Positions 8,079 to 16,692 of a DNA stretch of 64,000 bases are shown here, piece by piece (position 1 is the stretch's first letter; each line of letters begins with the position of its first letter). The notes under the pieces are model-generated. The model did not search any database, had not been told where the DNA came from, and worked only from the letters and a program-made list of their open reading frames with translations. The stretch comes from Candidatus Woesearchaeota archaeon (GTDB taxonomy: Archaea > Nanobdellota > Nanobdellia > SCGC-AAA011-G17 > PNOQ01). Where the stretch lies: contig CAYFNK010000001.1 in assembly GCA_964344555.1 (NCBI GenBank), forward strand, positions 24,684 through 88,683, in the 5' to 3' direction. A program made the position numbers and the translations under genes.

Positions 8079-8921
8079 TTGTCCAGATTGATTTTCATTA
8101 AGATATTTTTCTGCTTTTCTAGTCAATTTTCCAGGACTAATAAATAACAAAGGCAATCTCTTACTTCCAGCTTGATCAGAAGAAGAAATAAGATCAGCAT
8201 CACTAACGGTCTTTTTATCCTTAAACTTAACAAAATATCTTAAAACTCCCAGATTCGAAGGAACATCTATTACAAAATTCATTTCTTTATTTTTTCTAAC
8301 TGTTTCTTGAGAGATTACATACGTTTGAATTGAAGAAAAGAAATTACTTGCTAAAGCAGGAATTCCCTCTAACTCTTGAGAAGTTTTTTTTGGTTCAACT
8401 ATCTTCTCCTGAATAGGTTTTTTTATTGGTTTTTCAACTTGATTTTCAATCTCTTTTTTAACAATTTTTTTCTTGTTTGGTTTGATTATTTCTTTAATTA
8501 TTTCTTTAGCTTCTTCATTAGTAGTCAAATACCATTTCCAAAATAATTCATATTCGCCTCCCAGGCCTACATTTAGAGGAATTGCATAATCTTTTAATTC
8601 CTTAAACGCAACTCTTTGCCAGGGTTCAGAAGATTTATCTCTAATCGCTTTTTTATCTTTAAGTAAATCAAATGCTTCTTTTGGTTTTCCACCCAAATAT
8701 GCTTGTAAATCCTCTAGCTTAGCTTCTTGACCTTTTATGTAATAAAAAGGAGAACCTCCTTTTTTAACAGAAGTTATCTTAGCATGTTTATTTGAAACTA
8801 ATTCAGACAGAATTGCACTCGCGAAAAGAATATTGGTGTTTAATTCACTAGCCAATTGAGAAGGTTGAATTGGTCCTTCACGTCTAATAAAATTTAAAGC
8901 ATCGGTTTTTGTATCTGACAT
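8055..8921 (-). CDS. winged-helix protein of unknown function (288 aa)
   Basis: N-terminal wH-like region ALNFIRREGPIQPSQLASELNTNILFASAILSELV...GGSPFYYI, a second helical region, a Lys/Glu linker and a C-terminal domain. Family not recognised. Confidence 0.4.
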   Translation of the reverse strand: MSDTKTDALNFIRREGPIQPSQLASELNTNILFASAILSELVSNKHAKITSVKKGGSPFYYIKGQEAKLEDLQAYLGGKPKEAFDLLKDKKAIRDKSSEPWQRVAFKELKDYAIPLNVGLGGEYELFWKWYLTTNEEAKEIIKEIIKPNKKKIVKKEIENQVEKPIKKPIQEKIVEPKKTSQELEGIPALASNFFSSIQTYVISQETVRKNKEMNFVIDVPSNLGVLRYFVKFKDKKTVSDADLISSSDQAGSKRLPLLFISPGKLTRKAEKYLNENQSGQLVFRRLD

Positions 8922-8952
8922 AAAAAAGGAAACTCTACAAAATTTAAAAGCC

Positions 8953-9477
8953 TTATGGCCTTATCCAACCAATTTCATAATAAGTAACATCCAATTCATT
9001 ATCGACCACTCCAACAAGTAATCTCTTCTTAGTAGAATGTGCTACTCTATTTTTAGCAGAAAAATCATGCCATGTAGATACTTCTGATTCAGAAACAGGA
9101 TACAGAACCCACTTAGCATGAGCTTGTCCAGGTTTAACTCCCCTATCATAAACTCTGAATTCCGCTCCAAATTTTAATGCAGTTTTAACAACATATCCCC
9201 TAGACCTCATATCTCTAAATACAGAATATTTTACTAAAAAATTCTTATCATATTTGTTAGCTTTTTTCATAAAATTATCAAAAGATATGTTCTTATTCCT
9301 TCCATCCAAAACCTCTAACTTCTTAGATTCAATTAAATATGCTGTCTCAAATAAAGAATAATAAAACTTTTTCCTTTTCAACTCGCCATATCTACTCTTA
9401 TCATACAATGCCTTAGATTCCTTGCTAGGTTCAGCAAATACAACTCCTTCAGAAAAGAAAGCTTGTGCTTTTTCCAT
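8953..9477 (-). CDS. endA: tRNA-splicing endonuclease (homotetramer-type EndA)
   Basis: 174 aa. Contains RSRGYVVKTALKFGAEFRVYDRG...HAKWVLYPV...HSTKKRLLVGVVD...YYEIGWIRP. Confidence 0.85.
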   Translation of the reverse strand: MEKAQAFFSEGVVFAEPSKESKALYDKSRYGELKRKKFYYSLFETAYLIESKKLEVLDGRNKNISFDNFMKKANKYDKNFLVKYSVFRDMRSRGYVVKTALKFGAEFRVYDRGVKPGQAHAKWVLYPVSESEVSTWHDFSAKNRVAHSTKKRLLVGVVDNELDVTYYEIGWIRP

Positions 9478-9526
9478 ACTCTTCTAGAACAAAACTTATT
9501 TAAAAAGATTCTGTTAAAGTTAAACT

Positions 9527-10420
9527 ATGAAAATAACGTTCCTAGGGACTTCAGCAATGAAACCAACAAAGGACAGAGCAACATCTTCATTACTGCTAAA
9601 TCATAATGGAGAGAACATTTTGCTAGATTGCGGAGAAGGAACTCAAAGACAATTATTAAAGGCAAAAACGAGTCCAACCAAAATAACTAGATTATTACTT
9701 TCTCACTGGCACGGAGATCATATCTTGGGTTTGCCAGGTTTACTACAGACAATAGCTAGATCAGAATACTCCAAAACTCTAAAGATATATGGCCCAAAAG
9801 GAACAAAAAAGTTTATTTCAAAATTAATGAGTTTTTTCCTAACTAAACAAAAAATAAAATATGAAGTAAAAGAAGTTTCAAAAAAAGGAAAAATAATAGA
9901 TGAAAAAGATTTCTTTATAGGTGCAGAAAAATTACATCATAGCATAGACTGCATAGCTTATTCTTTTAATGAAAAATCAAGAAGAAAAATAAATCTTAAT
10001 TATACTAAAAAATTTGGATTAAAAAAAAGCCCCTTACTAGGTAAACTTCAACAGGGAAAAACAATTACTTACAAAGGTAAAAAGATTTCTCCAACAAAAG
10101 GCACAATTTTAATTCCTGGAAAAAAAATTACAATTATTTCAGATACAAGATATACTAAAAAATTATCTTCAATTGCAAAAAATTCAGATTTATTAATAAT
10201 AGAATCTACATTTTTAGACAGAGATAAAGACAAGGCAAAAGCCTACAAACATTTAACTGCGAAACAAGCAGCAACAGTCGCAAGAGATGCTAAAGTGAAA
10301 AAATTAATTTTAACTCATTTAAGCGAAAGATACAGGAACAAAGATATATTACTTAAGGAAGCTAAAAAAACATTCAAAAACACAGAACTAGCAAAAGATT
10401 TTTTTGAAACTAGTTTATAA
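9527..10420 (+). CDS. rnz: ribonuclease Z (metallo-beta-lactamase fold)
   Basis: 297 aa. HWHGDHILGLPGLL (HxHxDH) plus C-terminal LTHLSERY. Confidence 0.85.
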   Translation: MKITFLGTSAMKPTKDRATSSLLLNHNGENILLDCGEGTQRQLLKAKTSPTKITRLLLSHWHGDHILGLPGLLQTIARSEYSKTLKIYGPKGTKKFISKLMSFFLTKQKIKYEVKEVSKKGKIIDEKDFFIGAEKLHHSIDCIAYSFNEKSRRKINLNYTKKFGLKKSPLLGKLQQGKTITYKGKKISPTKGTILIPGKKITIISDTRYTKKLSSIAKNSDLLIIESTFLDRDKDKAKAYKHLTAKQAATVARDAKVKKLILTHLSERYRNKDILLKEAKKTFKNTELAKDFFETSL

Positions 10421-10996
10421 TCAAACTTCTACAGAATAGGCAAAATAATCATCCCAAGGATTTTCCAACTTCATCATTTGTTTAACACTTAATTTTTCAA
10501 AATACATCCTAAATGGACGCATAGAATTTCCGTGGGCAGAAATTGCAACATTAACCTTATTTTTTTTCATCATTTTCAAAAGGTCTCTGATGAAAGGTTT
10601 CACTCTTTTCTCAACATCTTTGATACACTCTCCCTTAGGAATGGCAATATCATAAGACCTATGCCAAATATCAAACTGTTTTTTACCATATTTTTCAATT
10701 ACTGAACTGTGTTTAAACCCTTGAAATTTTCCGTAAGATCTTTCAATCATCCTATCATCAGTAATCACAGTTTTACATTCTGGATGAAATTTAAGAACTT
10801 CTTTCAATGTATCTCTAGACCTACTCAATCTTGTCTGAATAGCAACATCAATTGTTTTACTTTTAAGTTTCCTAGCAACTTTTTTAGCATCCTTAATACC
10901 TTGAGAAGTCAATTTAGAATCCTTCCAACCAGTAAAAACTTTATTTTTATTATAATATGTTTGACCGTGTCTGAACAAATAAATATACCTCTTCAT
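10421..10996 (-). CDS. histidine phosphatase (phosphoglycerate mutase family)
   Basis: YLFRHGQTYYN (RHG motif) and SAHGNSMR. The track ORF extends to 11017; the ATG at 10996 gives MKRYIYLFRHG. Start uncertain. Confidence 0.7.
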   Translation of the reverse strand: MKRYIYLFRHGQTYYNKNKVFTGWKDSKLTSQGIKDAKKVARKLKSKTIDVAIQTRLSRSRDTLKEVLKFHPECKTVITDDRMIERSYGKFQGFKHSSVIEKYGKKQFDIWHRSYDIAIPKGECIKDVEKRVKPFIRDLLKMMKKNKVNVAISAHGNSMRPFRMYFEKLSVKQMMKLENPWDDYFAYSVEV

Positions 10997-11079
10997 AATC
11001 ATAATCTTTAAAAGCAAGATTAAAAATCTTTCTCTTCATCGCAATAAATCTAATAAACAAAAACTAATTAACAAACAAA

Positions 11080-11718
11080 ATGGAAACTGCTACAATAACT
11101 TATGAATTTTTATATGACATCTTGAGAAGAGAAAAAGATAGAGTAGAACTACAAAAACTAGAAGATTCTTTCTATGAAAAAACAATAAATTATATGGAGG
11201 AAAAAAAGCAAATTCTAAAGTCTCAAGAAAAAAAAGAGAGCATATTTACAGAACCAGAAGTTCAAAAAACAAGAAAACAGATTGAAAACATTCAAAAAAT
11301 AATAAAAGAATTATATGAAACAAGGGAAAACAAAATTTTACAATTAGCAACAATTGCTTCAAAAACAAGCAATCATTCAAACAATAAAGAAAACATGTTA
11401 AAGGAAGAAAAGAAGTTTTACGAAGAAATATCTTACACCTTAAACAGTTTTAGAGAAAATTTACTTAACAATTTAATGAGAGGCAAAAAAATAGTTCTAG
11501 AAAACATATCGAAAGATGAACCAAAAGACTTAAAAGACCAAATTATGCCCCCTAAAACAACAAAATCATTAAAATTCATAAACGATGTGCCTTCTTTTGT
11601 CGGTACAGATCTGACTGTTTATGGGCCTTTTCAAAAAGAAGATACCGCAACAATCCCACTAGATGTTGCAAATTTACTAATAAAATCAAATAAGGCAATA
11701 GAAAATGAAAATACCTAA
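11080..11718 (+). CDS. GINS subunit Gins51
   Basis: N-terminus YEFLYDILRREKDRVELQKLEDSFYEKTINYM and C-terminal B-domain VPSFVGTDLTVYGPFQKEDTATIPLDVANLLIKSNKA follow the archaeal Gins51 pattern. Confidence 0.65.
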   Translation: METATITYEFLYDILRREKDRVELQKLEDSFYEKTINYMEEKKQILKSQEKKESIFTEPEVQKTRKQIENIQKIIKELYETRENKILQLATIASKTSNHSNNKENMLKEEKKFYEEISYTLNSFRENLLNNLMRGKKIVLENISKDEPKDLKDQIMPPKTTKSLKFINDVPSFVGTDLTVYGPFQKEDTATIPLDVANLLIKSNKAIENENT

Positions 11719-12016
11719 AACAAAAAAATCATTTTGTCCATCATGTAGAAAACATACCGATTCCAAAGTTTTCCAAGCTAAAACTACAGGTAAAAGGGGT
11801 TCTCTGAAAAGAGGATCTATTACTAGAGCTAAAAAAAGAGGACTTGGAAGAGGATATGGAAATTTGGGAGATTATGGTTCCAAGGGCGCTATGAATGCAT
11901 GGAAAAGATATGGTGCAAAAGGTAGCAAAAAAATAAGCTTAAAACTTACATGTGCAGAATGTAGTAAGTCTACAATTCTAACAATGGAAAGAGCTAAGAA
12001 GGTTACAACACAATGA
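11705..12016 (+). CDS. rpl44e: 50S ribosomal protein L44e
   Basis: KIPKTKKSFCPSCRKHT...KLTCAECSKS zinc ribbon in a very basic protein. Confidence 0.85.
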   Translation: MKIPKTKKSFCPSCRKHTDSKVFQAKTTGKRGSLKRGSITRAKKRGLGRGYGNLGDYGSKGAMNAWKRYGAKGSKKISLKLTCAECSKSTILTMERAKKVTTQ

Positions 12017-12180
12017 AATCAAGATTTATCAAAGTTAGATGCAAGAAATGTAAAAACGAACAAATAATTTTTGAAAAGTCTGCATCTAAAATAAACTGTT
12101 TAGTTTGTGAAGAACCCCTATCAACTTCAACAGGTGGAAAGAGTAATATAGGCGCTAGCCAACTTGAAGCAATTGAATAA
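12013..12180 (+). CDS. rps27e: 30S ribosomal protein S27e (55 aa, not in ORF track)
   Basis: Hand translation: MKSRFIKVRCKKCKNEQIIFEKSASKINCLVCEEPLSTSTGGKSNIGASQLEAIE. CxxC...CxxC ribbon. ATGA overlap with L44e. Confidence 0.8.
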   Translation: MKSRFIKVRCKKCKNEQIIFEKSASKINCLVCEEPLSTSTGGKSNIGASQLEAIE

Positions 12181-12182
12181 TA

Positions 12183-12956
12183 ATGTTTTATAAAAATAAA
12201 GGATTTCCGGAAGAAGGAGAAATAGTTTTATGTACTGTTAAAAAAATTCTTTACCATTCAGTTTTTGCAGTTTTAGATGAATATGAAAAAATCGAAGGTA
12301 TGATTCATATTTCAGAGATTTCTCCAGGTAGAATAAGAAACATTAGGGATTATGTTAAAGAAGGTAAACAAATTGTTTGCAAAATTCTGAAAATAGACAA
12401 ACAAAAAGGACATATTGATCTTTCCATAAGGAGGGTTGGAACAAATCAAAAAAGAAACAAAAATTCTGAGTGGAAGCAAGAACATAAGGCAGAAAAGTTA
12501 CTTGAATTAGTTGGAAAAGATTTAAACAAAGATATAGCCACAATGTATAAGGAGGTTGGATATTCTTTAAGAGAAGAATATGGAAGTCTTAACAAAGCAT
12601 TTGAAAGATTTGTTTTAGAGCCAGAAGAAGTAAAGGAGTTTAAGTTACCTAGGAAGTTAGAAGAAACCCTAATAAGCATAGTTCTTGAAAAAATACAACC
12701 TAAAAAGGCAGAAGTTAGTGGAATTTTAGATTTAAGTCTTGAAACTTCAAATGGAATAGAAATAATAAAGAAAACATTAACAGATTTACAAAAAGGAGAG
12801 ATATCAATAACTTACTTGAGCGCCCCAAGATACAAAGTTGGCGTAACTGCTTCAGACTATAAAACTGCAGAAGGAATTCTAAGACAAGTTCAAGAAGACG
12901 CAATATCTAAAATTGAATCTGCAGGCGGAACTGCTTCTTTTTCTAAATCAAAATGA
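12183..12956 (+). CDS. eif2a: translation initiation factor aIF2 alpha subunit
   Basis: 257 aa. S1 domain GEIVLCTVKKILYHSVFAVLDEYEKIEGMIHISEISPGRIRNIRDYV. Confidence 0.9.
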   Translation: MFYKNKGFPEEGEIVLCTVKKILYHSVFAVLDEYEKIEGMIHISEISPGRIRNIRDYVKEGKQIVCKILKIDKQKGHIDLSIRRVGTNQKRNKNSEWKQEHKAEKLLELVGKDLNKDIATMYKEVGYSLREEYGSLNKAFERFVLEPEEVKEFKLPRKLEETLISIVLEKIQPKKAEVSGILDLSLETSNGIEIIKKTLTDLQKGEISITYLSAPRYKVGVTASDYKTAEGILRQVQEDAISKIESAGGTASFSKSK

Positions 12957-13111
12957 AAGAACAAATATTTTTATGCAAATCTTGTCATACTTACACTCTT
13001 GAAGAAACTTGTCCCAAATGTAATTCTAAAACAGAAAATCCAAAACCTGCAAAATTCTCCTTAGAAGATAAGTTTGGCAAATATAGAAGATTAGCTAAAA
13101 AAGATGAATGA
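12953..13111 (+). CDS. nop10: H/ACA RNP protein Nop10 (52 aa, not in ORF track)
   Basis: Hand translation: MKEQIFLCKSCHTYTLEETCPKCNSKTENPKPAKFSLEDKFGKYRRLAKKDE. ATGA overlap with aIF2-alpha. Confidence 0.8.
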   Translation: MKEQIFLCKSCHTYTLEETCPKCNSKTENPKPAKFSLEDKFGKYRRLAKKDE

Positions 13112-13676
13112 AATAGATTTAGCGAAGAACACAGAAATCTGCAAAAATTGTAAAAATGTAGTTATAGGAAAAGGAAACTTTAATTCTAAAATATTGTTTG
13201 TGGGAGAAGCCCCAGGAAAAAACGAAGATGAACAAGGCTTACCTTTTGTAGGTGCAGCAGGTAAAAATTTAGACAAACTTTTAGAACAAGTTGGACTAAG
13301 TTTAGATAACATTTATGTAACAAATATTCTAAAATGCAGGCCTCCTGAAAATAGAAATCCAACTGAAGAAGAAATTAAATCACACACTCCTTGGTTAGTC
13401 AAACAAATAAAAGAAATGCAACCGAAAGTAGTTTGTTCACTAGGAAATTACGCAACAAAATTTTTTTTATCACATGGAAACGTAGACGAAATGAAAAAAA
13501 GACCAGGAATAACAAAAGTCCATGGGAAACCCATAGATCTAGAATTCAAAAAAGTAAAAATAAAACTTATACCTCTCTTCCATCCTGCCGCAATAATATA
13601 TAATAGAAAATTAATAGAAGAATGGGAAAAGGATATGGAAGTTGTTAAACAAGAAACAACTTCTCACAAAGATTAA
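13104..13676 (+). CDS. udg: uracil-DNA glycosylase, family 4
   Basis: GEAPGKNEDEQGLPFVGAAGKNLDKLL and C-terminal FHPAAIIYN. Confidence 0.85.
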   Translation: MNEIDLAKNTEICKNCKNVVIGKGNFNSKILFVGEAPGKNEDEQGLPFVGAAGKNLDKLLEQVGLSLDNIYVTNILKCRPPENRNPTEEEIKSHTPWLVKQIKEMQPKVVCSLGNYATKFFLSHGNVDEMKKRPGITKVHGKPIDLEFKKVKIKLIPLFHPAAIIYNRKLIEEWEKDMEVVKQETTSHKD

Positions 13677-14599
13677 GACTCCAAAATTGTAAAATCAACA
13701 GAGGAAGTATCAATATACTTATACTCCAAACTCATGTCAATATTTTTTTCAAAACTAAAGCCTTGATTTTCCACTTCCACATAACAAGTCAATGTTTTTT
13801 CAGCATCGGAACCCAGTTTAATATCTCCTTCATTTGACTCATCGCCTTCAGAGAAGAAACACAAAAAGTCTTCAGGCAAAGTTACATGAATTATGTCTTC
13901 GTTCAATCTTTGATTAGATGCAGTGACTAAATCAGAGCAACTACTTCCAGGCCTGTAAACATTTCCTTCACCAGAATTTTCCACCTTAAATTTGAAAACC
14001 AGCCTGTTGCTTCCTTCAAATTGTTCAGTCAAACTTGTTAATTGAACAGGGCCACTTGAAACGCTTCCATCAACAACCTTATTTCCGCTAACACTACACG
14101 CTGCCTCTTCTTCCACATTTTCAATTGCACTAGAACTCATACACAAATTTAAATTCGAGTTAGTTACATAAGGATAACAAACATCAGATTTCAAAACAAC
14201 ATCTAAAGATGTAACAACAGTCCCATCGTAGTTCATAGTTCCCATATCTACTATTTTTTCAGCACCTTCTTCAATTAGTCCTTTTTGAACACCCCTCAAA
14301 GAAGAATCAATAGAAACATAATCTGAAGATAACCCAAAGGAAGCCATATCTACTCCCCATAGTCTAACTTCTATAGAATTTTCATCAAGATCATATTCTC
14401 CTTCATTTCTTAAAAGTAATTTTACGGGAATATCTTCACTTACAACAAATTCATCAAGAGGTGTCCCCTCAAGAAAAGATAAAGATACTCCACTAACACC
14501 TCCAATATATGCAGTACTCGCGCTTATTTCTTCATCTTCCCCATTACAAGAAGAAATCAAAACCAATGCAAGAACAAACATTAAAAATAATTTTTTCAT
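13673..14599 (-). CDS. acidic lipobox protein (308 aa), paralog of 14602..15501
   Basis: MKKLFLMFVLALVLISSC (lipobox-like LISSC). Shares VCYPYVTNSNLNLC and a ...NRLVFKFKVENSGEG block with its neighbour. Confidence 0.55.
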   Translation of the reverse strand: MKKLFLMFVLALVLISSCNGEDEEISASTAYIGGVSGVSLSFLEGTPLDEFVVSEDIPVKLLLRNEGEYDLDENSIEVRLWGVDMASFGLSSDYVSIDSSLRGVQKGLIEEGAEKIVDMGTMNYDGTVVTSLDVVLKSDVCYPYVTNSNLNLCMSSSAIENVEEEAACSVSGNKVVDGSVSSGPVQLTSLTEQFEGSNRLVFKFKVENSGEGNVYRPGSSCSDLVTASNQRLNEDIIHVTLPEDFLCFFSEGDESNEGDIKLGSDAEKTLTCYVEVENQGFSFEKNIDMSLEYKYIDTSSVDFTILES

Positions 14600-14601
14600 T
14601 T

Positions 14602-15501
14602 TCAGACTGCCTCCTGATTTAATTTTTTAATATTTATAGGACCATTAGAGATCTTTACCCTATAATCATAATTTGTTTCTATATTTAAAGAGTTTACCTC
14701 AAATTCTTCATCTAACTCAATCAATCCATTACAAGAAATTCTTTTAGAAACCTTATCAAACTCCAAAAGACCATCTTGTTCAGTATTACAATTAAAATCG
14801 ACTTCTTTAGTTCCTAAACCTATATCAAATCCCATCAAATTAGATTCTTCTCCAAACGAAACTATTTCTCCTCTCTCAGATCTTTTGAAATCAATTTCTA
14901 AAAACACTCTATTTTTATTTCCTTCTGAAGTTACAGTACTTTCAATCCGTTCCACAGTAACCGGAGCAAAAGGAGAGGTTATTTCATTAGAAGAATATAT
15001 TGTACTAGTTTCACATTCAATTTCACTAGATTCTGCAGTAGGATCTCTTTTCAAACAAACATTAAGTGTGGAAGTAGTTCTAACTGGATAAGTTACTTCT
15101 GCAAAGATTGTAGTTTCATCAGGACCTATATCTAAGTCTTCATATGAATAAGCTTCACCAGATTTGGGAAAATAAATAACTTCCTCTTCCGGAACTATAT
15201 CTCTTTCTTCATGGAATGCCCCCTCTATAACTACAGTTTGACATTCTTCTCCAACAATTCCCCCATACTCGGAAGCCAAAATATCAGAAACACAAATATT
15301 AACGCCTTGAACTCTTTCTGGAAGACTATTCAATAATTTCAAACCAACTGCAAAATTAGAATTCTCATACAACTGCTCCGGAGGTTGATTAGGTAGAAAT
15401 TCTAAGTCTATTCCCCCTACCTTAGTTCCGGTTCCCCTTTCTTGACAAGAAGACAGCAGAAGCATACTCAAAATCACAAAAATCACTAAATCACCTCTCA
15501 T
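14602..15501 (-). CDS. acidic lipobox protein (299 aa)
   Basis: MRGDLVIFVILSMLLLSSC. Contains EVTYPVRTTSTLNVC and ...NRVFLEIDFKRSERGE, parallel to 13673..14599. Confidence 0.55.
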   Translation of the reverse strand: MRGDLVIFVILSMLLLSSCQERGTGTKVGGIDLEFLPNQPPEQLYENSNFAVGLKLLNSLPERVQGVNICVSDILASEYGGIVGEECQTVVIEGAFHEERDIVPEEEVIYFPKSGEAYSYEDLDIGPDETTIFAEVTYPVRTTSTLNVCLKRDPTAESSEIECETSTIYSSNEITSPFAPVTVERIESTVTSEGNKNRVFLEIDFKRSERGEIVSFGEESNLMGFDIGLGTKEVDFNCNTEQDGLLEFDKVSKRISCNGLIELDEEFEVNSLNIETNYDYRVKISNGPINIKKLNQEAV

Positions 15502-15550
15502 AGTAATCTAACTGAGAAAAATCAATATAAAAAACTTTCTAAATAATAAA

Positions 15551-16678
15551 CTAGTTAGATTTTCTTACTTCTACACCTATTGTCCTTTTAATTTCAAAAT
15601 TATAATTTGCTTCAGCAAAAATATCTCCACGAATAAGATTTCCTTCACCTTCTGCAATCTGAGAAATATCCATATCACACTTAAAAGTTAATTCTTTCTT
15701 ATACCTATCAATGCATCTTTCTTCACTAAGTCCTAATTCTTCTAATCTTTCTTGACTACACTCTTCATTGATTTTTTCATCAATTATTTCCTGTCTTAAC
15801 GAATAAATAACATATGCTCCCTCTAAACTATTAAACTCAAAATCGCAAAATAATTCTTCAGAACTTAATTCTATCATTGAAGGAACTTTTAATTCCAAAC
15901 TTTCTAAAAATGCTATGTTTCCATGGTCAGATACATCCAAAATTGTAATCTCGAGAGGTAAAAACTCTTCTCCTTCTTTAAAAGGTTGTGTAGAATCAAC
16001 ATAAAGATCTACAAATATGGGACCTGCAGTCTCAATTTCAGAGGACAGAGTACCATCAGACTCTAAACTATCTGGAACAATTCCATATTCATCAAAAGGA
16101 TTTCTACCTAGATTATAAACTAAAGATTCATACTCCTCCTCTTTTAAGACATAAATTTCATATTTACTTGAACTTGACGATAAAAAGCTTGCAGTAATTT
16201 CTGCTTCTTTATTATCTACTGTTTTCTGAGTAAATATTCCCTCTTCAAATGAACATGCAAAAGATCTTCTAAAATTAATTTTACCTTCTTCCACTTCTAA
16301 ACTTGTAGGTTCAACTTCCACACTACCATTATAATTTGCTAAATTACAATCAATATCAAGATTCATACCTTGCCCTTGCAAGGTATCAACTTCTATGGCT
16401 CCCCTAACAACTATCGGTTCTTCTGAAAAATACGGGCTTCCGGGACTTTCGAGATCTAAAATCTCAACTCTTATTTCTCCAATATCTAAAACGGGTTCGA
16501 AATCTTCTTCTTCTGGATTAAAAACAAAGTCAGGAAACTCATCCCCTAAAAGAGTGTATACAAAATATCCTCCAACCACTGCTCCTAATAAAATCAATCC
16601 AAAAAATAGTAGCTTAAATCCTAAAGGCGTTTTAATTTCCTGTGGTCTTCTCTCTGAAAAATTATCTTGCTTAGTCAT
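15551..16678 (-). CDS. N-terminally anchored acidic extracytoplasmic protein (375 aa)
   Basis: Basic N-terminus followed by TM segment FKLLFFGLILLGAVVGGYFVYTLL. The remainder is acidic, beta-rich and has scattered Cys. Confidence 0.55.
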   Translation of the reverse strand: MTKQDNFSERRPQEIKTPLGFKLLFFGLILLGAVVGGYFVYTLLGDEFPDFVFNPEEEDFEPVLDIGEIRVEILDLESPGSPYFSEEPIVVRGAIEVDTLQGQGMNLDIDCNLANYNGSVEVEPTSLEVEEGKINFRRSFACSFEEGIFTQKTVDNKEAEITASFLSSSSSKYEIYVLKEEEYESLVYNLGRNPFDEYGIVPDSLESDGTLSSEIETAGPIFVDLYVDSTQPFKEGEEFLPLEITILDVSDHGNIAFLESLELKVPSMIELSSEELFCDFEFNSLEGAYVIYSLRQEIIDEKINEECSQERLEELGLSEERCIDRYKKELTFKCDMDISQIAEGEGNLIRGDIFAEANYNFEIKRTIGVEVRKSN

Positions 16679-16692
16679 ATCTTCCTCTTTTT

